From contig OX597822.1 of NCBI GenBank assembly GCA_951406725.2, positions 85,994,001-86,058,000 of the forward strand: 64,000 nt of DNA, read 5' to 3'. This document shows positions 11,610 through 24,724 of the stretch, piece after piece (position 1 is the stretch's first letter; each line of letters begins with the position of its first letter). Origin of the DNA: Octopus vulgaris (lineage: Eukaryota). A program made the translations under genes and the position numbers. The notes under the pieces were generated by a model, which saw nothing but the letters and a program-made list of their open reading frames with translations, ran no database searches and had not been told where the DNA came from.

Positions 11610-12332
11610 CATATATTCATACGGATATGATAAGAAATTTGTAAATAACGTATGATAAAAGACACTAGAAACCTAAGGAATAATTCCCTTAGCAGAGAAA
11701 TTAAATTTTCATCTGGATAAATATAATATATACATATAAATGATATAGATAGTGAAATTATTTAAAGGCCTAGAGTTTCATGCACTGCATTATCAAATGA
11801 AAAAAACGGCATTGGAGAGACAATGTATGCCCTGCGTGCGGGTAAATTTTTTTTGCAAATTATAGTGTGGCTTCCAATGCGTTGCTTACCTCTGCTTTTT
11901 AACTGAACTGAATTAAACTTTGTAAGTATTTGACTAAAAGAAGATTAGAAGCCTAAGAAGATGACAGCTAAAAGTAGACTTGATAAAATATTGCATAGAA
12001 TTTGAGAAGTGTTTTCAATGTCTTTCAATGATAGCAGGTGAATCAAATGTACTGCAGTTCATTGTAGGATATAAATAATAACACCACTTGCTTAACTGGA
12101 GATTTGCAAGTTCGATTTTTTGTTAAATTGTATTTTTTTAAGTATCATCATTATAGGTATTTATGCTCAGGTGAAATTAAAAAACCAACTCATAGATAAA
12201 CAAAAACCTTGAATTCATCACTGTACACACACACACAATTGCGTATGTATGTATGTACCCACACGTTTCTACATGCATAGGTACACCATGATCTATACAT
12301 GCAGACAAGGGTCGGTTCAAATGATATATATA

Positions 12333-12384
<52 letters not shown>

Positions 12385-12409
12385 GTACTGTCCCATGATG
12401 GTAAGATCA

Positions 12410-12757
12410 ACAAAAAAGTACTCTATCTAGTGAGAGATAAATAGTATTTAATAGACATAATACATGTTTTTATGTGCTAGTAATAGATTGTTGTGCTGAA
12501 AACATGTCCAAACAATGCATCATCTGTGTGCACATAAATTCTTTCACAAAAATCTGCACAATCAAAACACTCATCTACCAGTTTTAAAGATTATTAAGCC
12601 AAAATTTAATGAGTTTGACTCACTCACCCACTGAGTATTTCTACCAAATTTGGTGAAAATCCATTCAACTGTTTTCAAGTAATTTTGAAAACACACAGAC
12701 CGACAGAGGAAGATGAGTGACTACAATACCCTGCTTTTGCTTATGTACACAGGGTAG
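12410..12757 (+). mobile_element. Possible Helentron-associated non-autonomous element (HINE/DINE-like), decayed
   Basis: ccaaatttggtgaaaatcc core, (CAGA)-like tract, terminal stem-loop TACCCTG...CAGGGTA. Confidence 0.45.
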
Positions 12758-12894
12758 CAATCTGATGAATGCCATACTTGAAACCATTCAGTTACATAAG
12801 TGACTCAAGGGCCAAGGGTTTTGGGTATATATCTGTATGTGTGTGTGTGTATGTGTATACACGTGTGTACATAGATATGTATATGTACATATGT

Positions 12895-13700
12895 AATGCA
12901 CTTAACATTCATTGACCTAGAGAAAGCCCTTTTCACTGGATGCCTCACTCCCTCATCTGGTAGCTGCTGCAAAAGCTAGTAATAGACAAATGGCTCATAA
13001 AAACCAGTCAAACTATGTACAGGGATGCTGTCAGCAAAGTGAGTTAACGATGAGTTCAGTGTTGAATTTAGAGTGCAGGCAGGTTTTCATCAGGCTTTGG
13101 CTATCAATACACTCATACTTAACATTGTCCTCCAGACCATAACAGAAGACTTGAAAACTAGTTACCCATGGCAACTCCTCTATGCTGATGACCTTGTCCT
13201 TATAAATGAAACTGTAGCAGAATTAAAAATGAAATTTCAGGTGTAGAAGCAAAACCTGGAATCAAGGGGTCTTAAAGTTAGCAAAGACCAAAGTTCTAGT
13301 TAGTATGAAAACAGACAGGACACTAACCTGTTTGGGTAAATGGCCCTGTTCTATATGTAGATAAGGTGTCGGTAGAAATTTTATATGGTGTATTCAAGGC
13401 AGACTATGGACACTAAGAGGTGCAGTTGAATCACAGGAAGGTTAACAGAGATAGTAGAATTTGTTTATGGCAGATGTGCAGGAGAATAAGAGCACACGGG
13501 AAATAGAAGTTCTGAAATGCAGAGTTGGCTCTCTGGAAGCAGTAGATAGTTTCTGTTATTTAGGTGACTTAATTAGTAGTGGAAGAGGTTGCTCTGAAAG
13601 TATAGTTGCTAGAATATGAATTGGTTGGAGAAAATTCAGAAAACTCTTACCTCTGTTGGTAAGAAAAGACTCTCTCAGAATGAAAGGCAGATTGTATGAT
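12895..13700 (+). mobile_element. Decayed RTE-clade LINE reverse transcriptase fragment
   Basis: Translates to ...PWQLLYADDLVLI... and later DSFCYLGDLISSG; many stops and frameshifts. Confidence 0.85.
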
Positions 13701-13989
13701 TTACTGATTTAACTCAAAAATCAATAATCGATCAGAGTTGGGTTAGTGGCTCCTATAAATATATTACTGAATGCTCCCTACATCGCTGTGACCATGACCA
13801 ACATCAACACTATGACAGTGATTAGTGATCTGAATCTGGTCTGGAGAATGCTACGTTGGTAGGTAAAAGGTGTTTCTCCCATCATATATGATGGGAGAAA
13901 TAAACTAGTTACTGATTTAGGCTGGAAGAGTCAGCATAAATGTAGAAGGGAAATGACCCAAGTAATAAAAGATTACAAGGATTACCATA

Positions 13990-14206
13990 TTCTATTCTAC
14001 TCTAGGCACAAGGCCCAAAATGTTTTTGGGAAGAGGGCCAGTCAATTAGATCGACACCAGTACTTGACTGGTACTTAATTTATCGACCCCGAAAGGATGA
14101 AAGGTAAAGTTGACCTTGGCAGAATTTGAACTCAGAACATAAAGTCAGGTGAAATACTGCTAAGCATTTCGCCTGGTGTGCTAACGGTTCTGCCAGCTCA
14201 CCACTT
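13990..14206 (-). mobile_element. tRNA-derived SINE (same family as 17788-18016)
   Basis: Reverse complement of the gagctggcagaa...gagttcaaattc...gcctttcatcctttcggggtcgataaa repeat seen many times in the window. Confidence 0.85.
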
Positions 14207-14709
14207 TACAAGGATTATTATATCAATGTCTTCTCTTTTTTGTTTTTGTTTTTTTTTTACCTATCTCAGTCATCAATGGAAGGGCAAATACTCTAACTCC
14301 TCTCAGAGCTTCCAAAGACTAATAGAATGGTGGTTGGAAGTTTTGCTTTAAACAGAGATTTCTGTGCTAAAAGTATGCAATGGTCAGATAGCATTGTTAA
14401 ACAAAATTACAGATTCTACCTGCAGACAACACAAACAAATCCTTCAGCAGACTCCCACATTTATTTCTGTCTACTAAATTACAATCACAAAACTTTAGTC
14501 AGTCTGAAGCTATGGTATCAAGGATTAAATTATAGTTCAATATGCTGAGATTGAAACTGAAACTATGTAACAATGGATCAAACTTCTTAACCACATCTCA
14601 ATATGTGTGTCCATTGCCATTCTTCTTATATATACCAGTTGACACCATTGTAGGAGAAAAATACTACTTGTGACTTGCAAGAGCAGGAAAAGTTTTGTTG
14701 TATGTTATG

Positions 14710-15172
14710 TGTGTGTGTGTGTGTGTCCCTGCTAGTTCCTCAACAATTAAAATGGGGTTTTGTTCCACCAGGGTTTGCAGGATGTCCTCATTGACCTCTG
14801 CAGATCTTCCAGGATGAGGCACATCTAGGCTGTAGTTTCCAGCTTGGAATTTCTGGAACCACTGTTGACGCTGGCTTACGCTTATTGTCCGATTTCCATA
14901 AACTGCATTGATATTCCCCCCACTTTCCGTTGTGTTGTTGCCTTCATTGAATTCACAAAGCAAAATATGCTCCTTTGCCACTTCCATTATAGCTTTGAAA
15001 AAAATAACTGTTAAAACTGAACTGCACTCTTCAAAACTTGCACTAAGAATAAGTACAAGGTAAAAATTACTACTTGCTTTGATAGCAAGTTGATGCAGGT
15101 AGTTTATCCCATCCCCCTCTGACTTTTAGTTCATGCAATTGAAAAAACTGCATTATTTATAGGATGACCCAA
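14710..15172 (-). mobile_element. 5' fragment of a mariner transposon (same family as 61500-63712)
   Basis: ORF 14664-14987 encodes the mariner HTH region (INAVYG...QWFQKF...GRS); terminal repeat ends at 15172 followed by TA. Confidence 0.9.
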
Positions 15173-17787
15173 TACTTCAGGTCAACAGGGAGTTGAAACA
15201 AAAATGGTTATGAAGTGACATATCCCACAGAAGGAAAGCAGTTAAGTCTTGTTAATACTACAAGAGCCCATTAAGCCAGTACTTGATTCCATGAGATATA
15301 AGATAAATCTATGTTTGGTGACTTCCTTATAATTGCTCTGTGTTATCTTGTTTTAGCTGCTAAATACAAGAAAATTGATGAATTTAAGTGGGGGTTTTTT
15401 TCCCAATGAGATCAAAATTTTAAACCAAGAGTTCAATACCTTATCCACTCAGTCATTTTGTTTCTATGTTTAGAAGAAAAGATTGAAGGTGTATAAATTA
15501 CAACATTTTGGAAATGGTTTGACTTGGGAATGGAGAAAAATGAAGAAATCATAGAATGGGCTTAGAGAGATTAGTAGAGTGTTTATATTGAGATTTAACC
15601 AGAACTAATAACTAATATATTGTCTATAATCATTTACTATTGCTAACAATTAATCATCACTATTTCACCAAATATGATTTTATGAAACTAACATTATTGC
15701 AGCTTTTTATGTGTCTGCACCTGATTGAGTCAATTTGAGGTAACACCTAGCTTGTTGCAAGAGCTTTGCCTCAAAGTTAAATAAGACTTACAGACTAAGC
15801 TCTTAGCTGAATGAGAAGTATTATGTGCAGCATCAACTGTATTTAGATAAGCATTGTACAGTATAACAATGTTATTGCTGGTTAACAATAATGAACTTCC
15901 AGTCAATGACCCAGATATAACTGAGACTTGGCCATATTGTTGTACTGTAGCAGCAAGAAAAATCTTGTAAACACTTGTGATAAAAAACAAGCAGATAAAC
16001 AATAGATTTCTCTTTATCTAAAACAGTTATGTTAGCCACATGAAAAATTTTGGTAATAGTGTAAAAGCTTAGGTCTTAAAAATACAATGAATATTAGCAG
16101 TATAAGATTTATGGAAATGTCATCAGGTGGTCCCCTCAAGAAATTCATACTTTCTGAAAGGGCCAGATTCTTTATAACAACAAAACATGACTGGATCTGT
16201 TTAAAGTGATTACTAAAAGAAATTGAGTGAATCAGTTTAATTTTTTTTCAAATTTAATACGAATTAAAAATACAATGTGCAGAAGATAATTTCTCTGAGA
16301 ATCATATATGGCATGGAATCAACTGAGTATCAGGTAAAAAACATTAGAATAACTCAAGTCAGGTGAAATTGAAGCTGAATGAAATATCATAAGAAATCTC
16401 AAACAACAATTTTTGATGCTTTATCAACAACTTAAATATATTGAAATAGCCACCTGTATATCATTACTGTTTCCCTACATTAGTAGCAATAGATTTTGTC
16501 TACTGATAAAGCTGAAACACGCAGAAATGCACATTTAGTAATACCACTATCACTGCCGGAGGATTTTTTTTGTCTGCTGCTGGCATATTTCTCTGCATTA
16601 TTTAACACAGTACATCCATAAGATATATATATATATATTACTAGAAATTTATTGGAACAGACATGGATGTGTGGTTAGACGTTTGCATCCCAACCACATG
16701 GTTGCAGGTTCAGTTCTACTGCACAACACTTTGGGTAAGTTTCTTCTACTATAGGCCTTGTGTGTGGGTTTGGCTGGTGGAAACTGAAAAAGCCCATCAT
16801 ATATATGTGTGTAACTGTCTCCTTGACTTCACATGGTAGTTGTAACATGCCTGATCTTGGGAAACATTATTGGTAACAAGAATGGTATCCGGCTGTAGAA
16901 AATTCACCTCAACAAATTCTGTACAACCCATGCAAGTATGGAAAAGGGAACATTAAATGATGGTGGTGGTGGTGGTGGTGATGATTACAACAAATATTCC
17001 ATTTATTCACTCATATTTTGTTAATAAATATTTCAGACTTCCTGTTTGGGTTGTTTCAATTATTCATCATCTTTTAAGTGTTATATTATCATATTTAGTG
17101 TGTCACTTTTATATCATCATGGCTTTACAATTTTCTGAAAACTAATACTTGTCTCAAATAAATAATATAAATTGAAACAAGAAAAATATTCAGTTTTTAA
17201 TAAACAATTATTTTTTTCCAGCTACAATTTATTTTCTGTTACACACACACACACACATCCCAGTGAAAATGAAATTTATAATAAATTTGACTCTACATCT
17301 AGTATTGAGTAAGAAAGATTGAAGGATAGCAAAGATGAATGATGCTGAGAGTGAGTGATGGTTAACAGAAACAGATGGTCTAACTCAGTAGCTCACAACC
17401 TTTTTTTTACCTATGGACCCATTTGAATCCTATTTCTCTCTATTAAACCTCCATAACCATTCCATTTTTTTTTAATAGGGATTGTATAAAAAATTTTAAT
17501 GTTTTGTGTTTTCATAGAAGTATAACCAATTTTTTACCCATAAATTTTAACAATAAAATCTTATGTGAACCCTCAAGGTTCATATTGACCCCAGTCTAAA
17601 GTAAACCAGATTGAGGCATTGCAATAAGAGTGATACAGGTAAGAGTTGTGGCCAGTAGTAAAGAAGAGGACATTGGATAAGGACCAATTCAATGCTATTC
17701 CTCATTACACCTCATTATGCCTGATGATGGATAAGAAACAGTGTTGTAAAGGATGGTGTTGGTAGAGGATTGAATGTAATGGTAAAA

Positions 17788-18016
17788 GGCGGCGAGCTGG
17801 CAGAAACGTTAGCACGCTGGGCGAAATGCTTAGCGGCATTTCGTCTGCCGTTACGTTGTGAGTTCAAATTCCGCCGGGGTCGACTTTGCCTTTCATCCTT
17901 TCGGGGTCAATAAATTAAGTACCAGTTACACACTGGGGCCGATGTAATCAACTTAATACCTATGTCTGTCCTTGTTTGTCCCCTCTATGTTTAGCCCCTT
18001 GTGGGTAATAAAGAAA
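17788..18016 (+). mobile_element. tRNA-derived SINE, well-preserved copy
   Basis: A-box-like gagctggcagaa, B-box gagttcaaattcc, shared central domain; older copies near 27585, 42380, 51415, 52440 and 60580. Confidence 0.88.
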
Positions 18017-18528
18017 TAGGTATGAAGGAGTGGGAGAGGTAAGTAATAAATGAGAGGGTAAGGAAGAGTTGCTTGGGTAGATGGGTAAGTCTATATCAGG
18101 GTGAGATATGCAAATATTGATATTCAGCTGCCAGACTTCTGCAATGTCCATTTCACTATTCTTGCACATTTGAATGTTTCTTTTGCAGCAGAATATGATT
18201 CGATGCTTCACAGATCTGTGTCATCATTTTCATGAAGTTCAGATTTTTGACACGAGTCTTCACCAATTCATCCTGTGTTTTCTCATCCTCCTTCTTCAAC
18301 AGATTTCCTTCGATTTGAATGCTTGGCATTTCTTCATTCAGCCAATGCCTTTCAAACACATTGTGTTCCAACACTAATGCCATCTTCTCACTTCTGCTGC
18401 ACATTTGATTTCTCAACTTATTCCGCCTCATATCACCTTTTTCAAATCTTTAAGAATGTTACTGATTTTGTGCTGCGACTTTCATGAATATTGACAAGAG
18501 TATTCTATACTTTCTTCTCTCATTACAG

Positions 18529-18611
18529 ACAGATGCAACCACGGAGTGGGGAGAAAGTTGTTGACATTGTTGACAGTGTGGAAGACACAAAAGGGAATAA
18601 TGGAGAAAGAG
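18529..18611 (+). CDS. BBS5: BBS5 exon 2 ([28 protein letters not shown])
   Basis: Diagnostic EDTKGNNG motif; cattacag acceptor, gtaggg donor; 83 nt, phases 2 and 1. Confidence 0.97.
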
Positions 18612-18910
18612 GTAGGGTTTAATAAAATGTTCCTTCTCAAGCCATGCCAGGCTCATAAGGGTCGGTTTCCTGGTTTCAGTAGAAATTCCCCACCTGGATG
18701 GGACGCAAGTCCATCGCAGGATTACTCATTTTTGCCAGCTGAGTGGACTGGAGCAACAGGAAATGAAGTGTTTTGCTCAAGAACACAATGCATCGCCTGG
18801 TCCAGGAATCAAAACCACAACCTTACGATCATGAGTTCAACACCCTAACCACTAAGCCACGTGCCTCCACAAGGCTTAATAAATGATAACTAAATAAAAG
18901 CTTGTATATA

Positions 18911-18942
<32 letters not shown>

Positions 18943-19288
18943 CATATATGTGTGTTTGTGCATGCATGCATATGTATGTATATGCTGGTGGCACATAAAA
19001 AGCACCATTCAAGTGTGGTCGTTGCCAGTGCTGCCTGACTGGCCCTTGTGCCAGTGGCATGTAAAAAGCACGCTCTACACTTTCAGAGGGGTTGGTGTTA
19101 GGAAGGGCATCCAGCTGTAGAAACTTTGCCAGATTGGTTTGGAGCCTGGTGCAGCCTTCTGGCTTGCCAGCCCTCAGTCAAACCGTCCAACCCATACCAG
19201 CATGGAAAGCAGACGTTAAACGATGACAATGATGATGATGATATATATATATATATCTTTCTATCTATATATATTTACATATATGTAC

Positions 19289-19374
<86 letters not shown>

Positions 19375-20752
19375 GTACATATATGTAAATATATATAGAT
19401 AGAAAGATATATATATAATGCATACACAAACACTGATATATGTATGTATGTGTGTATGTGACTAGGATTATATAACAGCTATTTTATTTCTAATGGTGTT
19501 GTTATTTTAAAGTACATTCAGGGACTGTGATACATATTTCCTTACTAACTTCCATATGATGATCACTTGGTTCTCATTGTAGAATCTCTGATAAAGCCTC
19601 AGAAAAAGTGTTCCAAGTTAGGAAATATCACTGAGATTCCACTGGCTTAATTTAAACCCCAATTACTGATAAGTTAGAGAGAATATCTAATCTTAGTGCT
19701 AATTAGGAAATGGCCTTGCTGAATATATTGGACGAGAGCAGATGGGAACTCAATACTTTGTAAACAAATGGTGAAGTGAGATCACTGGCAGACTGTCAGA
19801 GAACTGAGTTTTAGATATGGTAACTGCAACGTTGCAATTAACAGCAGGAGCAGGAACTGCTGAACTGCTTCACCAACTTGCTACAAGCAGGAGGTGATTT
19901 ATATTACCGTGGTAACATAATTAGTTTTGTAAATGACTGCAGTGACACTATAAGTTGCTTAAAGAGAAAAGATATAGAACTTTTAGTTCTATTTAAAATG
20001 TAGGGCTTCTGTGTGTGTGTGTGTGTGTTTAAAAATACAGACTGTATTGAAAGTCATCTTTTAAAAGTATTTGTTTCTTGATGGTGTGACATGAGAATTG
20101 AATATGGATAAATTGCAATAACTGAAGGGAACTGGGTGGAAGTGATTGATTAGACATGTTGTATTAGTGGAGGGTGAAACAAAAATGAGCATTCCTGTTT
20201 ACGTATGCAGTGAAGATGACTGTGATTGTATGAGGAGTGCTGAATGAAAAAGTTTTGAGAGATGACACCCATGGCTGTTACAGACTAGAAAATATAAAGA
20301 AGGAAGAGATGAAGTTGTGTCTCAGAATGTGGAGCATCACAAATGAGGTGACACAGTACTGAGATGAGTGATGACGTCATCATTCAACACACATCTCACA
20401 CAATCCATCCTGATGAAATAGCAGCTGTTAAAACTACTCTAAGTATAAAATGATTGTAATATTTTGCAATATTATCATATCAGGCAAACAAAATCATTTA
20501 TTGGAGCAAGAACACACACGAAAATGAAAAGTGTCACTGAAGAGGTCACAGATGTGTGATGAAAGATTTCCGGACAATGGACATGAGTTAAAATAATTCT
20601 AAAAAATAAGAACAGTAATAAACAAGTGAAGAACAAATGTATAGTATGTGTGTATATTTGGTAAAAAAAAAAAATGATCATCCTGAAATACAACAAAGAG
20701 AAATTCATTCTTTATGAACCCTGTCACCGTTAATTATTTTCATTTTTTCAAG

Positions 20753-20818
20753 GACGCCTGATTGTAACAAACTTGAGATTTATCTGGCATGCCCAGGTTA
20801 TTCCGAGAATCAATTTGT
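20753..20818 (+). CDS. BBS5: BBS5 exon 3 (RLIVTNLRFIWHAQVIPRINL)
   Basis: VTNLR motif; ttttttcaag acceptor, gtaagt donor; 66 nt. Confidence 0.97.
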
Positions 20819-20964
20819 GTAAGTATTATTCGTCCGTTATTAAATATATTTACTTTGTCTACTTTCTGAAAGATTGTTGATAACTGACCAATTATGTCGA
20901 CAATTAGAGAATTGAATCATTTAGAGGTAGATTGTTTTTACCAAATTAAAATATTCAACTAATT

Positions 20965-21027
<63 letters not shown>

Positions 21028-21149
21028 TCTCTTTCTCTCTCTCTCTCACCTTTGGTTGCTGGATATGTAAATCAATCCAAAACTTGGTAATATGACCCAC
21101 CAATGGCATTGTGTCACTTATTGTGTATTTTTATCTTTAGTGTTTTTTT

Positions 21150-21516
21150 TTTTGTTTCAGTCATTTGACTGCGACCATGCTGGGGCACTGCCTTTAGTCG
21201 AGAAAATTGACCCCAGGACTTATTCTTTGTAAGCCTGGTACTTATTCTATCAGTCTCTTTTGCCAAACCACTAAGTTGTGGGGATGTAAACACACCAGCA
21301 TCAATTGTCATGTGATGTTTTGTGGGGGACAAACACAGACACACAAACATATACATGTATATACGATTGGCTTCTTTCAGTTTCCGTCTACAAAATCCAC
21401 TCATAAGGCTTTGGTCGGCCCGATGCTATAGTAGAAGACACTTGCCCAAGGTGCCACGAAGTGGGACTGAACCTGGAACCATGTGGTTGGTAAACAAGCT
21501 ACTTACCACACAGCCT
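21150..21516 (-). mobile_element. tRNA-derived SINE (same family as 27912-28298)
   Basis: Reverse complement of the 27912 copy over about 360 nt. Confidence 0.88.
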
Positions 21517-21966
21517 GTTGTTCGATGTATTTGTGTGAATGAGTGGAAACAGAGGAAGAAAGAGGGAAACATGGATACAGTAAAACTATCTAGGAATGAC
21601 TACCATAAATAGCACACACACACTCACACACATGCATACACACACACACACAAGTCAATGGGAAAATCTCTATATGTCACTCAACCTGGTAGAAATAGCA
21701 GCTAAATCACCTTCAAATCATATTTAATCAATCTTAACAAGAGATGCATTGGCTGATGTAATGTGAGTGACACTATTCTTGCAACTAACACTGAATGATC
21801 ATTAATCAAAGCCAAGTAACTGTTGGTGGCACTGAAGTATCCTTTCAGTTACTTATGTAGTTGAGTTGCTTATGTCTTCATCAATATCATCATCACCATC
21901 ACCGCCATCACAACCACCATCACCAACACCACTATCACTTACCACCACCACTGCCACCTACTACTA

Positions 21967-23236
21967 TTGGATTGGTAAGAAAGTAATTTTGGTGTGAAAT
22001 AAAAGCCTTTTTTTTTTCATACAAAGAATGAACTTCAATCAATTATATATTTTCCATTTTGTTCGATGACCTTTTGCCATCTTTCTGATAACTGCACAAT
22101 TCCATACTCATAGAACTTCTGGTCCTTATCAGCCAAAAACACAAAGCAAGTGTGATTTCAAGTCATCATCATTATTGAAAGTTTTACCAATCAAAGAATT
22201 TTGCAAACTTCGAAATAAATGGTAAGCTGATGGTGCAAGGTCAGGACTACATGGTGGATATGACATCACTTCCCAACCAAGCTCCAATAATTTTTCACAA
22301 GTTAGCAAAGATTTGTGGTCTAGCATTGTCATAGTGGACCACAATTCCTTTACGATTTACCAATTCTGGAAATTTTTCTTTGATTGCTTCCTCCAGTTTC
22401 ATTAGTTGTTGACAGTAAACATCTGAATTGATCGTTTGGTTCCTTTAAAGCAGCTCAAAATAAACGACACCGTTGTAATCCTACCAAATTGACAGCATGA
22501 CCTTTTTTTGATTCAATTCAGCTTTTGGTGTGACTTGTGCTGGTTCACTATGCTTGGATCATGATCAGTTTTGATTGATGTTATTGCAGACAATCCATTT
22601 TTCATCACCAGTGCTGATTCATTTCAAAAAAAGACTGATTTCATTGTGTTTGAGATGCATATCGCAAATACTGATTCATTGTTAAGTGAGTCTCTTTCAA
22701 TTTATGTTGAGCCCAAATATCAAGCTTCTTATTGAGTCAAAGACATTTTAAGTGATTTTCAATTGCTGTGTGTGTTCATTTAACTTCTCTGCAATCTCTC
22801 ACACAGTTATTTGACAATCAGATTCAATTATGGCTTTGATTCAGTCATCATCAACTTCAGTAGGTGGACTAAAACATTGATCATCTTTGAGTGAAAAATC
22901 TTCAGAATGGAATTTTTTAAACCATTTCTGACACGTGCATTCTGTTAAGCAATCAACACCATAAGCTTCACATATCTCTTTGTGGGCCTCAGCAGCTTTC
23001 TTGCCTTTACAGAAAAAGCAAAATATGGTGAAATTGTTTGTTTTTGCACACCATGTTAAAATTGACACTGAGCTAACAGCTGTAAACAAAATTACATGCA
23101 ATTTTCTTTTTAAGTAAGCTAAAAGTAACAGCTATCAAATGTCCAAAAGGAAAAAAATCATAACATTATCAAAAGTCATTCAAAAAAATTGTAACTATCT
23201 ATTTGTGAAAACAAAATTATTTTCTTGCCAACTTAA
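21967..23236 (-). mobile_element. Full-length decayed mariner transposon (about 1.27 kb)
   Basis: Imperfect TIRs ttggattggtaagaaagtaatttt / aaaattattttcttgccaacttaa, TA on both sides; transposase remnants (ICEAYGVD...KWFKKF; PPCSPDLAPSAYHLF). Confidence 0.92.
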
Positions 23237-23290
23237 TATTATACTTTTGTTATCAAAATTAATTGTGTACCTATCATCATCATCTTGCAG

Positions 23291-23340
23291 CTATTGGACT
23301 AAGCTGTATTATCAGTATAGCTACCAAGACAGCCAATTCA
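23291..23340 (+). CDS. BBS5: BBS5 exon 4 (SIGLSCIISIATKTANS)
   Basis: catcttgcag acceptor, gtaagt donor; 50 nt; aligns with BBS5 SVGYNCILNITTRTANS. Confidence 0.96.
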
Positions 23341-23479
23341 GTAAGTATTTTTTTTACTAAAACCCGAAATCCATTTCTTTTTAATTTGACATTAGCAATA
23401 ATATATTAAAAGAGAAATATGTCTATTTCTTAGATTTAAAAAAGCAATAGTATCCATACTGATAATCAAATTATTTTTC

Positions 23480-24230
23480 AGAATACTCCAAAACCACTTC
23501 AACCCTAATCACATGTACCACAAACTAATTAATGAACAGAACATAAAAATATTATATTCCACAACTAGCAACTTTAGAAAAACTGTTGACAATTACAATC
23601 CCCTGAAACTTTCTGAAGTTGAAAAGTAAAGCCACACACACAACTACAATAGTAGCAACTGTAGAATCCTCTAACCTGTCCTCTAAACTGAAACTGTTGC
23701 ATTAGTAATATCATCTTTAGCACAATTGTAACCACAAACACTATATTGCATATATGGAGTACACAGCAAACCACTTTAAGATATGATACAACCAACATAT
23801 GCATACTTTTTGCAACCCAAACAGGAAAAATGATACCTTAATATCCAAACATATATCAACACTAAAATCAAAGAATACTCCATTTAGCATTAATTTGAAA
23901 ATATTGTCACACACACACAACCATACCGAGGAAACAACAGATCCTACCAACTTTGTATCTATGAAGCCTACCACATTCTCATATTGAGAAATCAAATTCT
24001 TAAGCAAAACTCTGAATTAGTCTCTTCCTGCAGACACAAAATCTTCAAAACATTAAAACATTTCAAACCAATATTTTTTTTTCTAACAGCTAAATATGTA
24101 ATATCCCACCTACTCTCCATCCCATCACAACAAACTGTTTCCATGATATACATAACCACATTGAAGAAGTTCTGTAGAAATTATCTAAAAATTTTCAAAC
24201 TTTCTACCAAAATACCCATTTCTGATATAT
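23480..24230 (+). mobile_element. Penelope-like retroelement 3' fragment (GIY-YIG endonuclease region), decayed
   Basis: Broken frames give HFNPNHMYHKLIN..KILYSTT, SNCR..CPL..C, HFK..YNQHMHTF...TLISKHISTLK, LCIYE, LKQNSELVSSCRH, the motif order of PLE C-termini. Confidence 0.8.
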
Positions 24231-24724
24231 GCATACATACACATATATATACACACACACATTTATACACATATATGCAAAGTTGTTGGAAGATTAATCA
24301 AGCTTAGAAATTTGTTTAATGCATTTATTTATATACAGGTATATGTACACATTTTTATGATGCCCCACATCTGCATATATCCATAGATCCAAAATAATAT
24401 ATTGTAAATATACTTACAAATAGCTATGCTGATAAAAGAAATATTTATAGAAACATAATCCACAGCTTTTGCCTGCCCAAAACAAAAAAACTTCAAGCTC
24501 TCTGACATCACATTTCTTGTAAAAATAAATATATGTATGTTTGTATATATGTAAAGAGTGAAAGGGGTACAGTGAACTTGCCACGAGGACTGGAATATCC
24601 AACATTTCAGAGTCAATCTTTCATGAGGGGGTAGAGAAAAAGAGAAGAAAGTCAAACAGTGTTTATATCCCCTCAGCTTCAAAAACTGGCTGCAGCTGTA
24701 TATATGCATGCATGCATGTACGTA

